A DNA stretch of 64,000 bases, taken from an uncultured Alphaproteobacteria bacterium (GTDB taxonomy: Bacteria; Pseudomonadota; Alphaproteobacteria; Rs-D84). Both the position numbers and the translations under genes were made by a program. Within the stretch, counting starts at the first letter, position 1. Each line of letters opens with the position of its first letter. Below are positions 30,007 to 38,262 of this stretch, one piece after another. The notes beneath the pieces were generated by a model. It saw only the letters and a list, made by a program, of their open reading frames with translations. It did no database searches and was not told where the DNA came from. The stretch covers positions 45,291 through 109,290 of the forward strand of contig CANSHD010000001.1 in NCBI GenBank assembly GCA_947646585.1, read 5' to 3'.

Positions 30007-30417
30007 ATGTCCAAAAAGAAAAACACTTATTCCATAAAATTTGCCCACATGGTAAATTACGCCATGTTTGAACTATGCTCCGCCACACCGCTGGTTGTCG
30101 TAAAAAAGAACGGCACGGTAATTAAGCAGACCGGATGGGACGTCACAACAGAATTTCCGAATCCCGGCGCTTTGGAAATGGGCATGCATTTCAAACCGTT
30201 AAAAGATCATATCGGTGAAAAAATGGCCACAACCATTATCGAGTATCTGGACAAGGAAACGAATCGTCCGGTCGTGACCCTGTTCCCGACATATCTGTAT
30301 ATCCACGACGGATACGACAAGAATTTTCACATGCATTTAAACCATGCGTCACGCAAAGACTTGCAGTATCAAATCACAATGCGCCGCAACGCCTTGGCAC
30401 AATGCAAGCAACGATAA
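30007..30417 (+). CDS. Hypothetical protein
   Basis: Own promoter (TTGACG..TATAAT), GAGGG RBS and terminator; no motif recognised. Confidence 0.65.
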   Translation: MSKKKNTYSIKFAHMVNYAMFELCSATPLVVVKKNGTVIKQTGWDVTTEFPNPGALEMGMHFKPLKDHIGEKMATTIIEYLDKETNRPVVTLFPTYLYIHDGYDKNFHMHLNHASRKDLQYQITMRRNALAQCKQR

Positions 30418-30438
30418 AAAATCCCCCGAACGGGGGAT

Positions 30439-31042
30439 TTTTTTATTATGGTATTTTTTATTGAATGCCGACCTGGAAATCATCACCGTATCCGGCGACA
30501 ACCTGGCCGCGGACGGTGCAGTTTATATCCTCAAACCCGCCCTTTATCTGATTCTTTTTTATCACGTTACTTGTTATCAAACCGCCCGCCGTTCCCAGTA
30601 CGACACCCGCAACAGAGTCCGACACAAGGCGAGAGGTGTTGAAATTACCCTCCTTGTTCTTCCATACCGATGTGCCGAGTCCCGCCTTTAAGCTGTTCAG
30701 CTTGCCCGTTATCGACGTTATGCGCGCCTTTGCGGCGTCTTGCTCCGCTTTTTTAAGGGCCTCTTCACGTCTTTTGCGCGCCTCTTCGGTTTCGACACAC
30801 TCCGTACCGTCTTCATTCATCTCCTTATCTTCATCTTTACATTTGCATTCGCCGTTGGACCACTTTGCGCCGGGAATTGCCTCACAGTTTGCGATATTCG
30901 GATTGGCGATACACGTGCTGCCGTTCCATATCTTTTTAGCGTCACTGCAAGTGCACTTTGTCCCGTCCCAAACCGCGCCCGCGGAACCGGCCGCCTCGCA
31001 TTTGCGCTGTAATGCCGCCGCATCCGTCAATTCACAACTTTT
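30439..31042. repeat. About 600-bp inverted repeat, copy A
   Basis: Near-identical reverse complement of 32961..33564; only a few substitutions seen. Confidence 0.95.
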
Positions 31043-31837
31043 AGTGCTTTCATTCCATTTATAGTCTGTTGTGTTAAGACATACACACTTTTTACCTTCT
31101 ACTTTTAGGTTCTTTGAGGCAGTACATTGACATGCACCGCTTTTCCAAGTGCCACCACTGTTTTGACATTCTGTTTTGCCACTGCTTGAACCACCACCAC
31201 TGTTGGAGCCACCACCACTGCTTGAACCACCACCGGAGGAGGGTTTCTTTTTACATTCTTGACAGCCAATGCCATCGCTATACTGAATACATTCATATGT
31301 GTCTTGACATGTTTTTATTGCTTTTTTCCACTTTCCTTTAATACACTGCTCAAGACATGTTGCTGCATTTTGTTGTTTTTCTTCCTCATTACATTCTCTA
31401 TCTTGTGTCGTTCCTTCTGTACAAGTGCTTGTGTCGGGTGTTTGGGGGGATTTTAAACAAGGATTTCTATAGATGAAGCCATTAACTTTACTATTGGCAT
31501 ATATTCCGTTGCCTCCAATCGAATATCCCGTATCCTCGTTGCCTGTACCAGATGAAGAACAACTTGGAAGGTCACCACAGCTAAATTCTCTCCAAACCCA
31601 ATCACCAAAAAAATTGCCATTCTCTCTACATTTATAACACGTTGCCGTACTGTTTGTTTTGCCATCCCATCTATGAGCACCTGCTACAAATATCATTTCA
31701 TACTTAGTACTTCTCTGACATTGATAACAACTACCATCATCTGTATTACATAGATATTCATCGGCTTTTCCGTATGCAGAGTGATAGCTGCTAAAGATAC
31801 ATATTACCATAACGGCTAATAAACACAGTTTTCTCAT
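30458..31837 (-). CDS. Secreted Cys-rich protein, variable N-terminus plus constant C-terminus (variant A)
   Basis: Signal peptide, Cys-rich repeats, C-terminal region identical to 32007..33545 including Gly-rich hydrophobic VAGVVLGTAGGLI. Confidence 0.88.
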   Translation of the reverse strand: MRKLCLLAVMVICIFSSYHSAYGKADEYLCNTDDGSCYQCQRSTKYEMIFVAGAHRWDGKTNSTATCYKCRENGNFFGDWVWREFSCGDLPSCSSSGTGNEDTGYSIGGNGIYANSKVNGFIYRNPCLKSPQTPDTSTCTEGTTQDRECNEEEKQQNAATCLEQCIKGKWKKAIKTCQDTYECIQYSDGIGCQECKKKPSSGGGSSSGGGSNSGGGSSSGKTECQNSGGTWKSGACQCTASKNLKVEGKKCVCLNTTDYKWNESTKSCELTDAAALQRKCEAAGSAGAVWDGTKCTCSDAKKIWNGSTCIANPNIANCEAIPGAKWSNGECKCKDEDKEMNEDGTECVETEEARKRREEALKKAEQDAAKARITSITGKLNSLKAGLGTSVWKNKEGNFNTSRLVSDSVAGVVLGTAGGLITSNVIKKNQIKGGFEDINCTVRGQVVAGYGDDFQVGIQ

Positions 31838-31866
31838 AAATTTTTCCCTCCGAGTCCACCGTCAGG

Positions 31867-31977
31867 AAAACGGTCCTTTTTTTTAGGCATAAATTAGGGT
31901 TTGGAAAAGGGATAAAAATATGCTAAAATGTCTAAAAACAATAGGTACTTAATGTGCCTAAATTAACCCACCGTTTT
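31867..31977. promoter_or_regulatory. Putative invertible promoter between divergent paralogues
   Basis: Inverted cores AAAACGGT (31867-74) / ACCGTTTT (31970-77), each 7 bp from TTTAGGCA/TGCCTAAA; TTGGAA-17-TAAAAT promoter (31901-31929) inside, pointing +. Confidence 0.65.
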
Positions 31978-32006
31978 TTTAATGGTGGACGCGGAGGGAA
32001 GATTTT

Positions 32007-33545
32007 ATGAGAAAACTGGCCTTTTTATCGGTTTTTATTCTGGGTGGATTGATAGCGGATGCTTCGTGGGCAAAATGTCAGCCAACTGTTTGTAATAATG
32101 ATGGCGATACCGGAAAGGGCTGGAGCGTCATAGATACAAACGGAAATCGAGGTAATAGTGCTTCGGGTCAATGTTATCGTTGCAATTGGGGTGATAACGC
32201 GTACGAATGCGACGAAAATACCACAATTGCTATTTTTGATCCCGATTATGCAACAAACAATAAAGTTAAAGGCATATACTATTGTTCTGATAGTGGTGAT
32301 TACGATGATGACTGGGTTGAATTTAGTCCATCGTCAACTTGTGCTGCGTCTGAAATTACAAAAGCCGGATATGATGCAGATCCAAGTAAAGCAGAAAAAT
32401 TTTTCTCGGTCACAAACGGTCAGCCTACAAATGGTAATGCCGGTATTGTTTCAGGAACAGACGTCGGCTGTGTAATGTATAAGTGTAAGTCTCCGTACTC
32501 GCCAAAGCCGGATAAAAGCGGGTGCATTGATGCAAGTTTAAATGCAAATTGCAGAGCTCATAATGGCTCAACATATGCAAATGGTCATTCGTTGAACATA
32601 AGATGTACCGAATCCAGTTTGCCGATAAGCTCAGGCCTTTCGTCCACGGCGCACTTGGTAAATGATGCGGTGTGTACGGGAACATGCGAGACCAATGGTT
32701 GGAATATTACATTAAAAAATGATTCGTGTGATTCTACTTATGAGCCGGATTCAAATAAAAAGAAATGTGTAGAAAACGCGGCAACTAGACAACAGCGTCG
32801 TCAACGTCAGGAAAACGCATCCAAGCAAGAAAAGTGCGAGGAGTCCGGCGGTACATGGGCTTCGAACAGATGCACATGTGATGCGGCCAAGAACTTAAGA
32901 TTGGAGGCCGGCGAATGCAAATGCCTGGACGAAGTGAACTATAAGCGCAGTGCGGACGGCAAAAGCTGTGAATTGACGGATGCGGCGGCGTTACAGCGCA
33001 AATGCGAGGCGGCCGGTTCCGCGGGCGCGGTTTGGGACGGGACAAAGTGCACTTGCAGTGACGCTAAAAAGATATGGAACGGCAGCACGTGTATCGCCAA
33101 TCCGAATATCGCAAACTGTGAGGCAATTCCCGGCGCAAAGTGGTCCAACGGCGAATGCAAATGTAAAGATGAAGATAAGGAGATGAATGAAGACGGTACG
33201 GAGTGTGTCGAAACCGAAGAGGCGCGCAAAAGACGTGAAGAGGCCCTTAAAAAAGCGGAGCAAGACGCCGCAAAGGCGCGCATAACGTCGATAACGGGCA
33301 AGCTGAACAGCTTAAAGGCGGGACTCGGCACATCGGTATGGAAGAACAAGGAGGGTAATTTCAACACCTCTCGCCTTGTGTCGGACTCTGTTGCGGGTGT
33401 CGTACTGGGAACGGCGGGCGGTTTGATAACAAGTAACGTGATAAAAAAGAATCAGATAAAGGGCGGGTTTGAGGATATAAACTGCACCGTCCGCGGCCAG
33501 GTTGTCGCCGGATACGGTGATGATTTCCAAGTCGGCATTCAATAA
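32007..33545 (+). CDS. Secreted Cys-rich protein, variable N-terminus plus constant C-terminus (variant B)
   Basis: Signal peptide MRKLAF...ASWA, Cys-rich, C-terminus identical to 30458..31837. Confidence 0.88.
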   Translation: MRKLAFLSVFILGGLIADASWAKCQPTVCNNDGDTGKGWSVIDTNGNRGNSASGQCYRCNWGDNAYECDENTTIAIFDPDYATNNKVKGIYYCSDSGDYDDDWVEFSPSSTCAASEITKAGYDADPSKAEKFFSVTNGQPTNGNAGIVSGTDVGCVMYKCKSPYSPKPDKSGCIDASLNANCRAHNGSTYANGHSLNIRCTESSLPISSGLSSTAHLVNDAVCTGTCETNGWNITLKNDSCDSTYEPDSNKKKCVENAATRQQRRQRQENASKQEKCEESGGTWASNRCTCDAAKNLRLEAGECKCLDEVNYKRSADGKSCELTDAAALQRKCEAAGSAGAVWDGTKCTCSDAKKIWNGSTCIANPNIANCEAIPGAKWSNGECKCKDEDKEMNEDGTECVETEEARKRREEALKKAEQDAAKARITSITGKLNSLKAGLGTSVWKNKEGNFNTSRLVSDSVAGVVLGTAGGLITSNVIKKNQIKGGFEDINCTVRGQVVAGYGDDFQVGIQ

Positions 33546-33564
33546 AAAACGCCATAATAAAAAG
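32961..33564. repeat. About 600-bp inverted repeat, copy B
   Basis: Reverse complement of 30439..31042. Confidence 0.95.
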
Positions 33565-33585
33565 CGCCCCACCCGGGGCGTTTTC

Positions 33586-34875
33586 TTATTTGTATTCCGC
33601 AATCATCTGGCTTATCTGGGCGGCCAAGACCAAATCCGTCTGCTTTGCCTTTTCAACCTGGGCAATCGCGTACAGAACCGTCGCATGATTACGGTCGCCG
33701 ACCAAGCGGCCGATTTCCGTCAAAGACATCGACGTCGCACCCTTTAACACCGCCATCATTGTCTGACGCGCCAGTACCAGACCGCGCGCACGGCTGGTCC
33801 CGCATACCGCCTCATATGAAACGCCCAGCTTTTCGCACATGGAACGCACCATTGCAATCGGTGTCTTGGATTTCTGCAAAGTATCCGCCAGCAAACGCTG
33901 TGCAACGTCCATGTTGACCGGCGCGCCCATCAATTCGGCATATGTTTTGATTTTTGTAACCACGCCCGCGATGACGTGACCGTCGGCGGCCATGCGCGGC
34001 AGAATCGCATCGATAACATCGGCGGCGACACCGGCGCGACGCAGCATTGTGCGCTTTACATGTGCATTCGGCGCCGCAATGTCCGCAACCAGGCCGGATG
34101 CCAGCACGGACTGGGCACGGCGGTCGAAACCGGTCAGGCTGCTCGGCGCGCAGGACGCGGTCAGAACAACGTTTTTGCCGGCCGCGCGCAAATCCATAAC
34201 CAGCTGCAGAAATTCGTTTGTGGACGCAACCGCGCGGGACAAAGCCTGAACATCGTCCAGAATAAATGTGTCACAGTTGCGGCAGAAATCTTTGAACGCA
34301 AAAACGCTTTTGTCGTGCAGGCTGCGTGTGAATTCGGAAACAAACTGGCCACCGCTCATCATGATTGTGCGGCCCGCGGACGCATCGCGAATGCACTGCG
34401 CCAACAAGGATTTGCCCGCACCCGCCGGACCGTAAACAAACAGCGGCGAGAAAGAAACCGCACCCGCCGCAATCTTTTTGCACGCCGACAATACGAACGC
34501 ATTTTCATCGGATGCAACGAACGCATCAAACGCCGCCGTATTTGCAGACGCCGCCGGCGCAACCTCGGATGCCGGCGCATAAGACGCCGCCGCATTGTCG
34601 TTTGCAATCGGCGCGGCAACAGTGGCCGCACTGCGTACACATACGCGCACAGCCAAACCGAAACCGGCCGCGACATCGGTTAAAACATTGCTGTATACAC
34701 TGGCGATGAAATCCGCCGAGAACTGGTTCTGTGCACCTAAAACCAAAACATTGTCAACAACATCGAAATTCAGCGGGGCAATCCAGGATGTAAACGCGGC
34801 AGAATCTATTTTCGCGGCAATGGCCCCCTTGATTACTTCCAAGTTTGTCATTTCTTTTTTTGCCGCTGTCTGCAT
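33586..34875 (-). CDS. dnaA: Chromosomal replication initiator DnaA (divergent)
   Basis: Domain I F.SWI.PL, Walker A GPAGAGKS, ILDDVQ, domain IV ARQ..M...SLTEIG...GDRNHATVLYA. Confidence 0.85.
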   Translation of the reverse strand: MQTAAKKEMTNLEVIKGAIAAKIDSAAFTSWIAPLNFDVVDNVLVLGAQNQFSADFIASVYSNVLTDVAAGFGLAVRVCVRSAATVAAPIANDNAAASYAPASEVAPAASANTAAFDAFVASDENAFVLSACKKIAAGAVSFSPLFVYGPAGAGKSLLAQCIRDASAGRTIMMSGGQFVSEFTRSLHDKSVFAFKDFCRNCDTFILDDVQALSRAVASTNEFLQLVMDLRAAGKNVVLTASCAPSSLTGFDRRAQSVLASGLVADIAAPNAHVKRTMLRRAGVAADVIDAILPRMAADGHVIAGVVTKIKTYAELMGAPVNMDVAQRLLADTLQKSKTPIAMVRSMCEKLGVSYEAVCGTSRARGLVLARQTMMAVLKGATSMSLTEIGRLVGDRNHATVLYAIAQVEKAKQTDLVLAAQISQMIAEYK

Positions 34876-35191
34876 GCCGTTTCTCCTTTCCTTCCCTAAA
34901 AGAGTTTCCTGCCCGCGCAAGAGTGTAAAAACCACCTGCACATAAACGCTAAATTTTACTCAACCCTGATTGGATTCATAAAAATTTAGTGTTTATGTCT
35001 GCCCTACTTTCTACTCTCTCGCATTTGTTTTTGATGTTCTCACATCGTTGGATACGTCAGATAAGTTATAAGATAAAATTCTATTTGCAACCGAATGTTG
35101 AACAATTTTTGAACATTTATTTTTTGACAACGATTCGTTTTTTTGCCAGATTTCCGCGCTTTGTATATACACTGTATATACAGGATTTGAT

Positions 35192-36205
35192 TCACGCGCG
35201 AACATATCCGCCGTCTGTTTTTTTGACTAAACCCTGCAATTCCAAGATAACCAATTCGCGTTTAATTTCCGAAATTGATTTTTTGACAATCTGCGTCAAT
35301 ACAGATTCGGATACCGCAACCGTTCCGATTGCATCCAAAAGACTATTTTCCGTTTGCGATTTTTTTTCGCCGCGATTGCATGTTTGGTCCGGCGCAAAGA
35401 AATCGGACACCCCGCTACATAATTTCGCGGTGCCAGACGCAATCAACGAATTCGGCCCGGCGGCGCGGGAATCCGCCGGATGCGACGGAATAGCCCAAAC
35501 ATCGCGCCCATATTCGGCGGCGAATCGTGCGGTCGTCATACTGCCGGAATTTATATCGGCCTCGCCCAGGATAAGTTTTTCGCCCAACCCCGCAATCCAA
35601 CGGTTTCTTTGTACAAAGTTTGTAGGATTCGGCACAAAACCGACCGGCATTTCACTGATTACGGCGCCCCGCTCTATTATTTTGCGATACAGCGATTCGT
35701 TTTCAATCGGCCACACATAATCGACCCCGCCGGCCAGAACCGCAATTGTCTGCGCGTCACCGTCGGCGCTCAGCGCCCCCGCGTGCGCCGCGGTATCTGT
35801 TCCCATCGCCATGCCGGACGCGACGGCAATGCCGCGCGATGCAAACGCGCGGGCCATGTCGCGAACAAAACCCATGCCGGCGGCCGTCGCATGACGCGTG
35901 CCGACAATCGACACCATGGGCCGGCGCAGCGTTTCCAAATTTCCGCGCACGGTTATAACGGGCGGATGATTTTTTACCCGCCCCAGGGCCTTGGGATAAA
36001 TATCGTCATCATCGGATATATAATGTATGCCCCGGGCCGCGGCGTCATCCATTTCACGGCGCACCATGTCAAAATGCGCGGCATCCAAATTTAACGACAC
36101 CACCGCCGCCGCGGGCGAGCCAAATTCCGCGACCAGCCGTGCATAACGCACCGGTCCGATACGCGGCGCCCGCAAAAGGCATAATTTATCAAACAGTTCG
36201 TTCAT
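35192..36205 (-). CDS. dprA: DNA processing protein DprA
   Basis: IVGTR, SGMAMGTD..AH, SEMP, F.QRNR.IAG, SGS..TA motifs. Confidence 0.94.
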   Translation of the reverse strand: MNELFDKLCLLRAPRIGPVRYARLVAEFGSPAAAVVSLNLDAAHFDMVRREMDDAAARGIHYISDDDDIYPKALGRVKNHPPVITVRGNLETLRRPMVSIVGTRHATAAGMGFVRDMARAFASRGIAVASGMAMGTDTAAHAGALSADGDAQTIAVLAGGVDYVWPIENESLYRKIIERGAVISEMPVGFVPNPTNFVQRNRWIAGLGEKLILGEADINSGSMTTARFAAEYGRDVWAIPSHPADSRAAGPNSLIASGTAKLCSGVSDFFAPDQTCNRGEKKSQTENSLLDAIGTVAVSESVLTQIVKKSISEIKRELVILELQGLVKKTDGGYVRA

Positions 36206-36286
36206 AATATATATAGTATAGGAAAATTAAACCCATGGGCGAAAGCAAAATATGCGGCCGTAAAAAAATCCCCGTACGGGGATTTT

Positions 36287-37153
36287 TTACAAAGCGGAAT
36301 CCAGACCCAATAAATAAGAGTAATTGATTTGGATACATTCCTCAGGCTGTTCGGCGCCCTGCCAAACGGTGCTTTCGCATTCTTTCTTCAGACTGCGCAG
36401 CTGTGCCATAATCTGCTGATACTTTGCAGGTTCGTCTTTTTTCAGCACCGCCAGCTGAGAATACAGCAGTTCGTTATCCTTTAACGCCCTTTGTCCCTGA
36501 ACAGAGCCGCCAATCAGCTTGTTCCCGAACAATTCCATCGCACCGACGCCGACCGCCGCGCTACCAACCGCGCCACCGACCGTGCCCCATGTACGCGCGG
36601 ACTTTTTCGCGTCCAGAATGCGTTTTTCCAAAGTCTTTTCATCCGCCCACGAACCGCACGTTATCGTCTGACCCATTTCAAAGTATTTTGCCGGGATGTC
36701 GGCGACGCTTATCTTCGAATCGTCGGACTTTACCTCCACACGCACAAAGCATGTGTTGTTGGCCGGCTCTTCCACGTCTTCAACCATGGATGCATAATTG
36801 TTTATATTGCTATAGCGGGACGCCCACACAAACGTGTTGCCGACACCTATATTATTATTGATACAGGCCGCCTTTTCTTTTTCCCGCATATCTTTCTTTT
36901 CTTCCTCCACCGGTTCCTCTGTCACCGGCGGATCAACCTTTATGCTGGGCTTGCTGGGTGTTGTTGCAGCCTGGTTTGTCTGGCTGACCGTCATCGACGC
37001 CATTGCGTTCAACTGATTAACAGACGCCGTCGCACGCGGTGCCGCCGCCATCTGCGATGCGGTTGCACGCCGTCCCTGGCCCGCCGGGGTCAGCGCCAGC
37101 GCAGGCGTCGCCGCCGCGCATAATACAATGAAAGGCATGAATTTTTTCATCAT
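36287..37153 (-). CDS. Secreted hypothetical protein with glycine-zipper-like segment
   Basis: Signal peptide (ALA), GTVGGAVGSAAVGVGA segment. Confidence 0.7.
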   Translation of the reverse strand: MMKKFMPFIVLCAAATPALALTPAGQGRRATASQMAAAPRATASVNQLNAMASMTVSQTNQAATTPSKPSIKVDPPVTEEPVEEEKKDMREKEKAACINNNIGVGNTFVWASRYSNINNYASMVEDVEEPANNTCFVRVEVKSDDSKISVADIPAKYFEMGQTITCGSWADEKTLEKRILDAKKSARTWGTVGGAVGSAAVGVGAMELFGNKLIGGSVQGQRALKDNELLYSQLAVLKKDEPAKYQQIMAQLRSLKKECESTVWQGAEQPEECIQINYSYLLGLDSAL

Positions 37154-37256
37154 TCTCTTTTCCCTACTTTGATACATACATTATATCACAAAATTACACA
37201 CAAATAAAGCATAAATAAAAATACGCGTTTATATTACGCGTATTTTTTATCCCTGC

Positions 37257-37844
37257 CTATTTCTTCCATTTCCATTGAATCTGCGACTCGGTCCCGCGCA
37301 ACAACCGCATTATGTTTTCGCGATGGCGCCACATGCAGAGCAGCCCGATTGCCAAAAACGCCCATCCGACCGACGTCGCGATACAGAACCCCAGCACGGG
37401 CATAAAGCAGAACACCACCACCGCCCCCAGCGACGAAAAACCGGACGACAGCGCCACCAGCAGCCACATTATGCCGCAAACACAGAAAGACACCGGGCTT
37501 ATCGCCAGCAAAACGCCGAACAGCGACGATATGCCCTTGCCCCCCTTAAAACGCAGCCACACGGGATAACAGTGCCCCACAATCGCGGCAAAACCGCACC
37601 ACGCCGCCAGCGCAACCCCGCCAAGAGCCCCGCCCAATAAAACCGCGGCAATCGCTTTTGCCATGTCCAAAATCCATACCAGCCCCGCCAGGCGCAGGCC
37701 GCCGACACGCATCACATTGGTGGCGCCGATGTTCCCGCTGCCAACCTTGCGCAAATCACCCTTGCCCGCCAGGCGCGCCAGCAGCAGCCCCATCGGAATA
37801 CTGCCCAGCAAATAAGAAACAATCAATGCAATTACAAATACCAT
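37257..37844 (-). CDS. plsY: Glycerol-3-phosphate acyltransferase PlsY
   Basis: YLLGSIP, GSGNIGATN, GH.YP...FKGGKG, HRENI.RL..GTE motifs. Confidence 0.95.
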   Translation of the reverse strand: MVFVIALIVSYLLGSIPMGLLLARLAGKGDLRKVGSGNIGATNVMRVGGLRLAGLVWILDMAKAIAAVLLGGALGGVALAAWCGFAAIVGHCYPVWLRFKGGKGISSLFGVLLAISPVSFCVCGIMWLLVALSSGFSSLGAVVVFCFMPVLGFCIATSVGWAFLAIGLLCMWRHRENIMRLLRGTESQIQWKWKK

Positions 37845-37917
37845 TTTATTTTTCCTTGATTTTGTGTTTGTTTTATATAAAATAGCAAAAAACATGACTA
37901 AATAAAAGGAAAATAAA

Positions 37918-38178
37918 GTGGCAAATCACAAGTCATCTGAAAAAAGAATTTTGGTTACGGCGAAAAAGAACGCTGTAAACACCGCACGTCGCAGCGCTGT
38001 TAAGACCGCGACAAAAAAAGCGATTGTTGCAATTGAATCCGGGGACAAGGCCGCGGCGGTTGCCGCAACCCGCGCCGCGGAAAGCAAAATCATGAAGGCC
38101 GCCGGCAAGGTTATGCCGAAAAAGCGCGCCGCACGCAAAATTTCCCGCCTGACAAAAAAGGCCGCGAAAATCGCGTAA
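37918..38178 (+). CDS. rpsT: 30S ribosomal protein S20
   Basis: MANHKSSEKR, AARKISRL. Confidence 0.95.
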   Translation: MANHKSSEKRILVTAKKNAVNTARRSAVKTATKKAIVAIESGDKAAAVAATRAAESKIMKAAGKVMPKKRAARKISRLTKKAAKIA

Positions 38179-38262
38179 GTGGTTATGTAAAATAATTGGC
38201 GCGCATTCTATGCGCGCTTTTTTATGCGTTCATAAAAAAATCCCCGTTTGGGGATTTTTTCA

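Noticed and set aside
34876-35191. oriC call
   Set aside because: AT-rich, but no recognisable DnaA boxes, and GC skew cannot be computed here
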